Shown here in pieces: positions 1-8,475 of a DNA stretch of 32,000 nucleotides. The translations under genes and the position numbers were made by a program. The first letter of the stretch is position 1. Every line of letters begins with the position of its first letter. The stretch spans positions 1,200,001 to 1,232,000 of the forward strand of contig NZ_CP066018.1 of assembly GCF_016127575.1 (NCBI RefSeq), in the 5' to 3' direction. The notes under the pieces are model-generated. The model searched no databases and was not told the DNA's origin. It saw only the letters and a list, made by a program, of their open reading frames with translations. Source of the stretch: Cupriavidus necator (GTDB lineage Bacteria; Pseudomonadota; Gammaproteobacteria; Burkholderiales; Burkholderiaceae).

Positions 1-840
<840 letters not shown>

Positions 841-958
841 TGTCATGCTGCCTTCATTGCGCTGCCATGCCGCCGTCACATTGGCGGCCTATTCTTCGAT
901 GGCGGCTGCGGCATTGGCAGGTGCCCGCCGTGTGTATCAATCTTCGTGGTAATTGACG

Positions 959-984
959 GCCCCGCGTATGCGGGGCGTTTTTTT
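959..984 (+). terminator. Rho-independent terminator after the sigma-54 activator gene
   Basis: Perfect 7-bp stem GCCCCGC(959-965)/GCGGGGC(970-976), 4-nt loop, followed by G + TTTTTTT (978-984). Confidence 0.8.
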
Positions 985-1078
985 GGGTTGTGCACCCCGC
1001 CCCGCCACTTCACACTCGCCACACATTCCCCTCACCCCCGCTGGCCAGACTGGAGCCCTGCCATCTCCGGGACCCGCC

Positions 1079-2206
1079 ATGCCCTCCTTCGACTACGACA
1101 TCGTCATCGCCGGCGCCAGCTTTGCCGGCGCCGCCTGCGCCCTGGCCGCGGCGCGCGCCGGCCTGCGCGTGCTGGTGCTGGAACGCAAGACCGATCCCGG
1201 CGACAAGCTCCACACCACCGGCATCCTGGTCAAGGAAGCCATCGAGCAGACCTGGCTGGGCCGCGCGCCGGCCGATTGCGTGCACCGCGTGGAGCAGGTG
1301 CGGCTGTACTCGCCCAGGCTGCGCAGCATCGACCTGAGTGCGCCCGGCTATTATTTCCACACCACCGATACGCCGCGCCTGATGCGCTGGCTGGCCGCCG
1401 AGCTGGTGCGCCACCGGGTCGAGCTGCGCCTGGGCCAGGCGTTCGTGGGCGCGGTGCCGCGCAACGGCGGTTGGCATGTGACCGGCGTGGGCAATACGCG
1501 CTATCTGGTCGGCGCGGATGGCGCGAAATCGCGCGTGGCCCAGTGTGCCGGGCTGGGGCGCGTGCACAGCTTCCTGTATGGCGTGGAGTATGAGTTCCCG
1601 GGACTGGCGCTGCCCGAGCCGGGCGCGCTGCACTGCTTCATCACCCGGCGCTTCGCACCCGGCTATATCGGCTGGATCGCGCAGAACCCCACCGGCGTGC
1701 AGGCCGGCCTGGCGCTGCGCTACCTGCCTCGGCACGGCCGCGCGCCAGACCTGGACGGTCTGCTGGCGCATGTGCGCGAGCGCGCCGGCCTGCCGCAACT
1801 GGCGCAGCCTGCGGCGACGCGCGCGGGGCTGATCCCATGCGGCGGCCCGGCCTTCCCGCTGGCGCGCGACGGCGTGATCCTGACGGGAGATGCCGCCGGC
1901 ATCGTGTCGCCGGTCACCGCCGGGGGCATCCACTATGCCTTTGCCCATGGCGAGTCGGTCGGCCAGGCCGTGGCCGCGCACCTGCTGCGCGGCGGCCCGG
2001 CCCCGGAAGCGGTCGCCACCGCCGGCGCGCCGCGCTTTCGCGCCAAACGTGCGCTGCGCTGGATGTTCGACCGCTTCCAGTGCGACTGGCCCTTCGACCT
2101 GATGCTGTACTCGCCGCCGCTGCGCTGGGCGGCGGAGCAGATCTATTTCCACAAGCGCCGAGGCGAGGATCCCGCGCCGCCGCCGCGCGCAGCCACCAGC
2201 GCCTGA
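1079..2206 (+). CDS. FAD-dependent oxidoreductase (geranylgeranyl-reductase/monooxygenase-like flavoprotein)
   Basis: N-terminal Rossmann dinucleotide fold DYDIVIAGASFAGAACALAAARAGLRVLVLERK and later GDAAG motif. ATG at 1079 chosen over the ORF-track start at 953, because the 953-1078 stretch overlaps the upstream terminator. Confidence 0.8.
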   Translation: MPSFDYDIVIAGASFAGAACALAAARAGLRVLVLERKTDPGDKLHTTGILVKEAIEQTWLGRAPADCVHRVEQVRLYSPRLRSIDLSAPGYYFHTTDTPRLMRWLAAELVRHRVELRLGQAFVGAVPRNGGWHVTGVGNTRYLVGADGAKSRVAQCAGLGRVHSFLYGVEYEFPGLALPEPGALHCFITRRFAPGYIGWIAQNPTGVQAGLALRYLPRHGRAPDLDGLLAHVRERAGLPQLAQPAATRAGLIPCGGPAFPLARDGVILTGDAAGIVSPVTAGGIHYAFAHGESVGQAVAAHLLRGGPAPEAVATAGAPRFRAKRALRWMFDRFQCDWPFDLMLYSPPLRWAAEQIYFHKRRGEDPAPPPRAATSA

Positions 2207-2213
2207 CCGGCTG

Positions 2214-2452
2214 GTCCACTGAATCACTGAAATGGGAGGCGAAGGACATGTCATGCGGGATGCAGCGCTAGGGCGAAGCAGGGGTTTCGGATTGCATGGC
2301 AATCCGCCTGCGTAGCGGCATGCGCTTGCAAGCGCATGTGCGCCCTGCAAGGGCAGGGCGCAGCAATAGCACGGCTATTGCGAGCATTTGCAACGACGCG
2401 ATGCGCCCGCATGACATGGCAGGCGCCGACCGATTTCAGTGATTCAGTGGAC
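2214..2452. repeat. 239-bp nested inverted-repeat (MITE-like / large structured) element
   Basis: Perfect 20-bp terminal inverted repeats GTCCACTGAATCACTGAAAT (2214-2233) and ATTTCAGTGATTCAGTGGAC (2433-2452). Second perfect 13-bp inverted pair at 2247-2259 / 2406-2418. Four back-to-back perfect hairpins at 2289-2305, 2319-2338, 2340-2361 and 2363-2381. Confidence 0.75.
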
Positions 2453-2465
2453 TAAAATGCCGGGC

Positions 2466-3155
2466 ATGGAACAACCGCGGATCCTGGTGGTGGAAGACGA
2501 GCAGGCCATCGCCGACACCATCCTCTATGCCTTGCGCACCGACGGCATGCTGGCCGAGCACTGCACGCTCGGCGGCGCCGCGCTCGAGCGCATGCGCGCC
2601 GGCGCGGCCGACCTGGTAATCCTGGACGTGGGCCTGCCGGATCTGAGCGGTTTCGAGGTCTGCCGCACGCTACGCACGTTCAGCAATGCGCCGGTGGTCT
2701 TCCTGACCGCGCGCCATGAAGAGATCGACCGCATCGTCGGGCTGGAAATCGGCGCCGACGACTACGTGGTCAAGCCCTTCTCGCCGCGCGAGCTGGCCGC
2801 GCGCGTGCGCGCCATCCTGCGCCGGGCGCGCGGCGGCGGTGCTACCGCGGCGAAGAGCGACGAAGTTGCCGGCTTCACGCACGACAAGGACGGCGCGCGC
2901 CTGGCCTACCGCGGCCGCTGGCTGGAGCTGACCCGCTACGAGTACCTGCTGCTGGCCTGGCTGGTGACACATCCGGGCCGCATCTACTCGCGCGCGCAGC
3001 TGATGGAGTGCGTCTGGGAAGATGCACTCGACACCAGCGACCGCACCGTCGACACCCATATCAAGACCCTGCGCGCCAAGCTGCGGGAGGCTTCCGCCGA
3101 CGGCGCCGAGCGCATCCGCACCCATCGCGGCATGGGCTATTCGCTGGAACCCTGA
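2466..3155 (+). CDS. creB: OmpR-family two-component response regulator CreB
   Basis: 229 aa, the length I recall for E. coli CreB. Close match along the length as I recall it (ILVVEDEQAIADTI..., LEIGADDYVVKPFSPREL, VWEDALDTSDRTVDTHIKTLRAKLR, THRGMGYSL). Alternative in-frame starts at 2457 and 2439 lie inside the repeat element. Confidence 0.9.
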   Translation: MEQPRILVVEDEQAIADTILYALRTDGMLAEHCTLGGAALERMRAGAADLVILDVGLPDLSGFEVCRTLRTFSNAPVVFLTARHEEIDRIVGLEIGADDYVVKPFSPRELAARVRAILRRARGGGATAAKSDEVAGFTHDKDGARLAYRGRWLELTRYEYLLLAWLVTHPGRIYSRAQLMECVWEDALDTSDRTVDTHIKTLRAKLREASADGAERIRTHRGMGYSLEP

Positions 3156-3164
3156 GCGCACGCC

Positions 3165-4601
3165 ATGCATATCGGCCTGCGCATCTTCTTCGGCTTCTTC
3201 CTGATCGTTGGACTGGCCACGGTGCTGACGCTGCGCGTGTTTGTGCAGGAGGTCAAGCCCGGCGTGCGCCAGGCCATGGAAGACACGCTGATCGACACCG
3301 CGCACGTGCTGGCGGCGCTTGCCGCCGACGACATGAAGGCCGGACGCATTGCCGACGGCGATTTCGCGCGGCACATGGCGGCGCTGCGCGATGTGGCGGT
3401 GAATGCCGATGTGTCGGGCCTGCACAAGGACAGCATCGGCTACCGCGTCTACGTGACCGATGCCAACGGCATCGTGCGCTTTGACTCCACCGGTACTGAC
3501 GTGGGCCGCGACTATTCGCGCTGGAACGATGTTTACCTGACGCTGCGCGGCAAGTACGGCGCACGCAGCACGCGCACCGACCCCGACGACGAGGCCAGCA
3601 CCGTGATGCACGTGGCCGCGCCAATACGCGACGCGGACGGCGAGCGCATCATCGGCGTGCTGACCGTGGCCAAGCCCAATGCGGCGATGGCGCCCTTCAT
3701 CGAGCGCAGCCAGCGCAAGATCCTGCTCTACGGCGGCCTGCTGATCGGCGCTGCCTGCGTGATCGGGCTGGCCTGCACGCTGTGGCTGGCGCATGGACTT
3801 AGCCGGCTGCGCGGGTATGCGCGCGCGGTGGCGGCCGGCGAGCGCGCGGAGATGCCGCTGCGCGGCGGCAGCGAGCTGGCCGAGCTGGGCCGCGCGGTGC
3901 AGGGCATGCGCGAGCGGCTGGAAGACAAGCAGTATGTCGAGCACTACATCCACACGCTGACCCATGAGATGAAGAGCCCGCTGGCCGCGATCGGCGGCGC
4001 CGCCGAGCTGCTGCAGGAAGAGATGCCGGCGGCGGACCGCCAGCGCTTCGTCGCCAATATCCGTGCACAATCCGGGCGGCTTGAAACCATGATCCGCAAG
4101 CTGCTGGCACTGGCCGATGTCGAGCAGCGCCAGCGCCTGGAAGTGCGCGAGCCGGTGCGGCTGGCGCCGCTGCTGGCGCAACTGGGCAGCGAGCTGGAAC
4201 CGCGCGCGCGCCAGCGCGGCGTCACGCTGCGGCTGGCCGCCGACGCCAGCCCGGACCTGGTCGCCGGCGATCCGTTCCTGCTGCGCCAGGCCATCGCCAA
4301 CCTGCTGGAGAATGCCATCGATTTCGCCCCGCCGGACAGCAAAGTCATGGTGCGGCTGGAGCGCCGCGGCGGCGCGCTGGCCATCGCCGTCGCCGACCAG
4401 GGCCCGGGCATCCCCGACTACGCGCTGCCGCGCGTGTTCGAGCGCTTCTACTCGCTGCCACGCCCGCACGGTGCGGACAAGAGCACCGGCCTGGGCCTGT
4501 GCTTTGCACGCGAGGTGGCAACGTTGCATGATGGCGATGTAACGCTGGCCAACCGCCCCGGCGGCGGCGCGCTGGCGGAACTGACCCTTCCGGCCGGGTA
4601 G
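3165..4601 (+). CDS. creC: sensor histidine kinase CreC
   Basis: 478 aa. Matches recalled CreC signature blocks: MxIGLRxxxGFFL, VKPGVRQAMEDTLIDTA, DYSRWNDVYLTLRGKYGARST, VAKPNAAMAPFIERS. Has the H-box LTHEMKSPLAAI and the ATPase N/G boxes (NLLENAIDF, DQGPGIPDY, GLGL). Starts 9 nt after the creB stop. Confidence 0.92.
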   Translation: MHIGLRIFFGFFLIVGLATVLTLRVFVQEVKPGVRQAMEDTLIDTAHVLAALAADDMKAGRIADGDFARHMAALRDVAVNADVSGLHKDSIGYRVYVTDANGIVRFDSTGTDVGRDYSRWNDVYLTLRGKYGARSTRTDPDDEASTVMHVAAPIRDADGERIIGVLTVAKPNAAMAPFIERSQRKILLYGGLLIGAACVIGLACTLWLAHGLSRLRGYARAVAAGERAEMPLRGGSELAELGRAVQGMRERLEDKQYVEHYIHTLTHEMKSPLAAIGGAAELLQEEMPAADRQRFVANIRAQSGRLETMIRKLLALADVEQRQRLEVREPVRLAPLLAQLGSELEPRARQRGVTLRLAADASPDLVAGDPFLLRQAIANLLENAIDFAPPDSKVMVRLERRGGALAIAVADQGPGIPDYALPRVFERFYSLPRPHGADKSTGLGLCFAREVATLHDGDVTLANRPGGGALAELTLPAG

Positions 4602-4663
4602 TTCGACGAGGTGACCGGACCGGCATAGACTGGGGCTTCTAACGTGACCGCGCTGAAACTCCC

Positions 4664-4682
4664 TATAATCGAACGACCGTTC
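4664..4682 (+). promoter_or_regulatory. putative -10 box (TATAAT) with an abutting 12-bp palindrome GAACGACCGTTC upstream of the flavoenzyme gene
   Basis: Perfect TATAAT at 4664-4669 in a ~67% GC background, 59 nt before the ATG. Palindrome GAACG-AC-CGTTC at 4671-4682. No convincing -35 hexamer. Confidence 0.35.
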
Positions 4683-4727
4683 ATTTAGGGCACCTGCACT
4701 GTGCCCGTCAGTAGTTCAGGAGACACC

Positions 4728-5705
4728 ATGCCCGCCGCCAAGCAACTGCCCCAGGCCCTGCAGAACCTGGCCCTGCCCGTCATCGCCTCGCCCATGTTCA
4801 TCGTCAGCTACCCGGAGCTGGTGCTGGCGCAGTGCAAGGCCGGCATCGTCGGCTCATTCCCGGCGCTCAATGCGCGCCCGGCGGAGCTGCTCGACGAGTG
4901 GCTCACCCAGATCGAAGGCGAGCTGGCCACCTTCAAGGCCGCCAACCCGGGCGCGCAGGTGGGCCCGGTCGCGGTCAACCAGATCGTGCATACCTCGAAC
5001 GCGCGGCTCGAACACGACGTAAAGGTGTGCGTGGACCACAAGGTGCCGATCTTCATCACCTCGCTGCGCGCACCGGTCAAGGAAATGATCGACGCGGTGC
5101 ACAGCTATGGCGGCATCGTGCTGCACGACGTGATCAGCATGCGCCATGCCGAGAAGGCGATCGAGGCCGGCGTCGACGGCCTGATCCTGGTGGCCGCCGG
5201 CGCCGGCGGCCATGCCGGCATGCTGTCGCCGTTCGCGCTGGTGGGCGAGGTGCGCAAGATCTTCGACGGCCCGATCGCGCTGTCGGGCTCGATCGCCACC
5301 GGCGAGGCGGTGCTGGCCGCGCAGGCCATGGGCGCGGACTTTGCCTACGTCGGCACGCGCTTTATCGCCTCGCAGGAGGCCCACGCGGCGGAATCGTACA
5401 AGCAGTCGATCACCAGCTCGGCCGCCGCCGATATCATCTACACCAACCTGTTCACCGGCGTGCACGGCAACTACATCCGCGAAAGCATCAGCAACGTGGG
5501 GCTGGATCCGGACAACCTGCCGGTGGCCGACAAGAGCAAGATGGACTTCTCCAGCGGCGCCTCCAAGGCCAAGGCATGGAAGGACGTCTGGGGCGCCGGC
5601 CAGGGCGTGGGCCAGATCCACGACATCCCCACCGCCGGCGAAATCGTCGCGCGCATGAAAGCGGAGTACGATGCCGCCAAGGCGCGCCTGGGTATCGCGC
5701 GCTAA
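4728..5705 (+). CDS. NAD(P)H-dependent flavin oxidoreductase / nitronate monooxygenase (2-nitropropane dioxygenase family)
   Basis: 325 aa TIM-barrel FMN enzyme pattern (LPVIASPMF, GIVGSFPALN, DGLILVAAGAGGHAG, MGADFAYVGTRF). ATG at 4728 is preceded by AGGAGA; the track start at 4701 is a GTG with no RBS. Confidence 0.85.
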   Translation: MPAAKQLPQALQNLALPVIASPMFIVSYPELVLAQCKAGIVGSFPALNARPAELLDEWLTQIEGELATFKAANPGAQVGPVAVNQIVHTSNARLEHDVKVCVDHKVPIFITSLRAPVKEMIDAVHSYGGIVLHDVISMRHAEKAIEAGVDGLILVAAGAGGHAGMLSPFALVGEVRKIFDGPIALSGSIATGEAVLAAQAMGADFAYVGTRFIASQEAHAAESYKQSITSSAAADIIYTNLFTGVHGNYIRESISNVGLDPDNLPVADKSKMDFSSGASKAKAWKDVWGAGQGVGQIHDIPTAGEIVARMKAEYDAAKARLGIAR

Positions 5706-5719
5706 CCGAGGTTTTTACC

Positions 5720-5743
5720 GGGCCGCTATTGCGGCCCTTCATT
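5720..5743 (+). terminator. probable intrinsic terminator after the flavoenzyme gene
   Basis: Stem GGGCCGC(5720-5726)/GCGGCCC(5731-5737), loop TATT, followed by a T-containing tail TTCATT. Confidence 0.5.
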
Positions 5744-5824
5744 CAACCATTGCCTGGTCCAAGCTCCACCACCCCGCCCGATTCCGACGCCACGTTGAGC
5801 CGCCGGCAGCAGGCGCTGCGCGCC

Positions 5825-6193
5825 ATGTGGGTGGTGCTGGGCGCGGTCTTCCTGCTGCTGGGGGTGATCGGCATCTTCCTGCCGGTGCTGCCGACCACGC
5901 CATTCGTGCTGCTGGCCGCGGCATGCTTCGCGCGGGGATCCCGGCGCTTCCATGAATGGCTGCTGGGACATCCGCGCTTCGGGCCGCTGGTCAGCGACTG
6001 GCAGCGCAATCGCAGCATTCCCTTCCGGGCCAAGTGCCTGGCGTTGTCGATGATGTGGGCGTCGATGGGGACGACCGCGTGGATGCTGCGGGCGCGGCCG
6101 CTTGCTTCGGCGGCGCTGCTGGCTTGTGCGGTGGGGGTGAGCGTGTGGATGGTCAGGCTGCCGACGCGGCCGGTGGAGGGGGGGAAGTCCTGA
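5825..6193 (+). CDS. ybaN: DUF454 inner-membrane protein YbaN
   Basis: 122 aa. Strong similarity to recalled E. coli YbaN (GIFLPVLPTTPFVLLAAACFARGSRRFHEWLL). An in-frame TTG at 5795 is an alternative start. The upstream part of track ORF 4832-6193 is an out-of-frame overlap of the previous gene. Confidence 0.8.
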   Translation: MWVVLGAVFLLLGVIGIFLPVLPTTPFVLLAAACFARGSRRFHEWLLGHPRFGPLVSDWQRNRSIPFRAKCLALSMMWASMGTTAWMLRARPLASAALLACAVGVSVWMVRLPTRPVEGGKS

Positions 6194-6205
6194 CCTGCCC
6201 TGCAT

Positions 6206-6233
6206 CAAAGGCCCCGCCCATGCGGGGCCTTTG
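6206..6233. terminator. bidirectional terminator hairpin between convergent ybaN and the ligase gene
   Basis: CAAAGGCCCCGC(6206-6217) - CCAT - GCGGGGCCTTTG(6222-6233). A/T runs on both sides give a U-tract on either strand. Confidence 0.7.
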
Positions 6234-6241
6234 ACTTGTCT

Positions 6242-7492
6242 TCAGTCGTATCGCCGCGCATCCTCGATCAGCTTCCCATCCTGCGGCAACGACCCCGCCG
6301 CAACGAAAGCTACTTCACCGCGCAGCCGCATCACTTCGCGCAGCGATTCCGCCACCGCACGCTGCAAGTCACCATCCTCGCGCGTAGCCTCGCAGCGCAG
6401 CGTCATCACGTCCGCGCCTGGGTCGCCAGTCACCACCAGCCGCGCCGCGCGGATCTCCGGATGCCGCCGCAGCACGTCTGCCACCTGCCCGGGATGCACG
6501 AACATGCCCTTGACCTTGGTGGCCTGGTCGGCACGGCCCAGCCAGCCCTTGAGTCGGATATTGGTGCGCCCGCACGGGCTGGGCCGCTGCGACGACTCCG
6601 CCACGATGGCCGAGAGGTCGCCGGTGCCGAAGCGGATCAGCGGGTAGTCGCCGTTGCCCAGCACCGTCACCACCACCTCGCCGGTCTCGCCCTCGGGCAT
6701 CGGCCGGGAACCGCCGGGCTCGACGATCTCTACCAGCACGCCCTCGTCCACCACCCAGCCATCGCCGCCCTCGGTCTCATAGGCAATCAGGCCGACATCC
6801 GCGGTGCCATACATCTGCTGCACGCGCACGCCGCGCGCCTGGAACCAGGCACGCAGCGACGGCGGCAGCGCCTCGCCCGAGACCAGCGCCTTGGCCAGGC
6901 TGGTGCAGGGCGTGCCCAGCTCGTCGCCGCGCTCCAGCAGCAGCTTCAGGAACGACGGCGTGCCGGCGTAGGCCGTGGGCTGCAGGCTGGCCAGCGCCTG
7001 CACCTGCGAATCGGTCTGGCCGACGCCGGCCGGGAACACGCAGCAGCCCAGCCGGTGCGCGCCGGTCTCCATCATCATGCCGGCCGGGGTGAAGTGGTAG
7101 GAGAAGGTGTTGTAGACCAGCTCGCCGGCGCGGAAGCCCGCCGCATGCATGGCGCGGGCCACGCGCCACCAGTCGGCGTCATGGCCGTCGGGTTCATGGA
7201 TCGGGCCGGGCGACTGGAACACATGGCGCAGCTTGCCCAGCGGCGTGGCGTTGAGCCCGCCCAGCGGCGGCAGTGCGCGCTGGCGCGCGGTCAGGTCCGA
7301 CTTGCGCGTGACCGGCAGCGCCGCCAGCGCCGCGCGCGAGCTCAGCAGCCGCGGGTCGACGCCGCCCAGCATCTCGGCAAAGTAAGGCGCGTTGTCGCGC
7401 GCATGGGCCACCTGGCGTGCCAGGGCGGCAAGGAGCGCCTGCTCGCGGACTTCCGGCGCGCGGGTTTCGAGCGAATCGAAGTGTTCTGGCAT
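6242..7492 (-). CDS. phenylacetate-CoA ligase (PaaK)/F390-synthetase-like adenylate-forming family protein with non-canonical P-loop
   Basis: 416 aa. Aligns by eye to PaaK blocks (YGTADVG ~ YGLSE; IRFGTGDL ~ IRYRTRDL; GRADQATKVKGMFVHPGQV ~ GRSDDMLIIRGVNVFP; C-terminal DGK). ATG at 7492 chosen; the 151 codons upstream in the track ORF overlap the livF-like gene region. Confidence 0.75.
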   Translation of the reverse strand: MPEHFDSLETRAPEVREQALLAALARQVAHARDNAPYFAEMLGGVDPRLLSSRAALAALPVTRKSDLTARQRALPPLGGLNATPLGKLRHVFQSPGPIHEPDGHDADWWRVARAMHAAGFRAGELVYNTFSYHFTPAGMMMETGAHRLGCCVFPAGVGQTDSQVQALASLQPTAYAGTPSFLKLLLERGDELGTPCTSLAKALVSGEALPPSLRAWFQARGVRVQQMYGTADVGLIAYETEGGDGWVVDEGVLVEIVEPGGSRPMPEGETGEVVVTVLGNGDYPLIRFGTGDLSAIVAESSQRPSPCGRTNIRLKGWLGRADQATKVKGMFVHPGQVADVLRRHPEIRAARLVVTGDPGADVMTLRCEATREDGDLQRAVAESLREVMRLRGEVAFVAAGSLPQDGKLIEDARRYD

Positions 7493-7578
7493 GGTGCTAT
7501 GCGTCAGGGAATGGGATGCGGCATGCCGCCGCGCCGCTGGGCGCGTGGTGGCAATGCCGGATGAAATCGGTCGGGTGC

Positions 7579-8397
7579 CTACGCCAGCCAGCGCTTGCGG
7601 CGCCGGTAGCTCTTCACATCGCGGAACGACTTGCGCCCGGCACCGTCGTCCGCATCGTTGGCGGCCACGCCCAGGTAGAACTCCTTGACGTCCTCGTTGG
7701 TGCGCAGCGACTCGGCGTCGCCGTCCATCACCACGCGGCCGTTTTCCAGGATGTAGCCGTAGTCGGCATAGCGCAGCGCCACCATGGTGTTCTGCTCGGC
7801 CAGCAGGAAGCTGACGTTCTCGCGCGAATTCAGGCCGCGCACGATCTCGAAGATCTCCTCGACGATCTGCGGCGCCAGCCCCATCGAAGGCTCGTCCAGC
7901 AGGATCATCGCGGGCTTGGCCATCATGGCCCGGCCGATCGCGCACATCTGCTGCTCGCCGCCGGAGGTGTAGCCGGCCTGCGACTTGCGGCGCGTCTTCA
8001 GCCGCGGGAAGTATTCGTAGATCTTTTCCAGCTCGTCGCGCGTCTGGCCGCGCGACAGGCCGCGCGTGTAGGCACCGGTGAGCAGGTTCTCTTCGATGGT
8101 CAGGTGCGCGAAGCAGTGGCGCCCTTCCATCACCTGGATCACGCCGCGGCGCACCAGGTCGTTGGGCGTGAGCTGGTCGACGCGGTCGCCGCGATATTCG
8201 ATCGAGCCCTTGGTGACATCGCCGCGCTCGGCCTGCAGCAGGTTGGAGATGGCCTTGAGCGTGGTGGTCTTGCCCGCGCCGTTGGCGCCGAGCAGCGCCA
8301 CGATCTTGCCTTCCGGTACTTCGAGCGAGACGCCCTTGAGCACCAGGATCACGTGATCGTAGATGACTTCGATATTGTTGACGGACAGAAGGCTCAT
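7579..8397 (-). CDS. ABC transporter ATP-binding protein (LivF-like, branched-chain/HAAT family)
   Basis: Walker A GANGAGKTT, signature YTSGGEQQM, Walker B ILLDEPSMGL. The ATG at 8397 gives the typical MSLLSVNNIEV... N-terminus. Confidence 0.9.
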   Translation of the reverse strand: MSLLSVNNIEVIYDHVILVLKGVSLEVPEGKIVALLGANGAGKTTTLKAISNLLQAERGDVTKGSIEYRGDRVDQLTPNDLVRRGVIQVMEGRHCFAHLTIEENLLTGAYTRGLSRGQTRDELEKIYEYFPRLKTRRKSQAGYTSGGEQQMCAIGRAMMAKPAMILLDEPSMGLAPQIVEEIFEIVRGLNSRENVSFLLAEQNTMVALRYADYGYILENGRVVMDGDAESLRTNEDVKEFYLGVAANDADDGAGRKSFRDVKSYRRRKRWLA

Positions 8398-8475
8398 GGT
8401 GCGGCTCGTGTTGGTAAGACGGTTCGGCTCAGGCGAGCACGCGGCGCCAGGCACCGCATGCCCGCCAGGTTGCTA

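Noticed and set aside
2214-2452. A retron-like msr/msd ncRNA, suggested by flanking inverted repeats plus internal hairpins
   Set aside because: No reverse-transcriptase gene lies adjacent; the next genes are creB and creC. There is also no conserved branching-G context. It is kept as a MITE-like or structured element instead.
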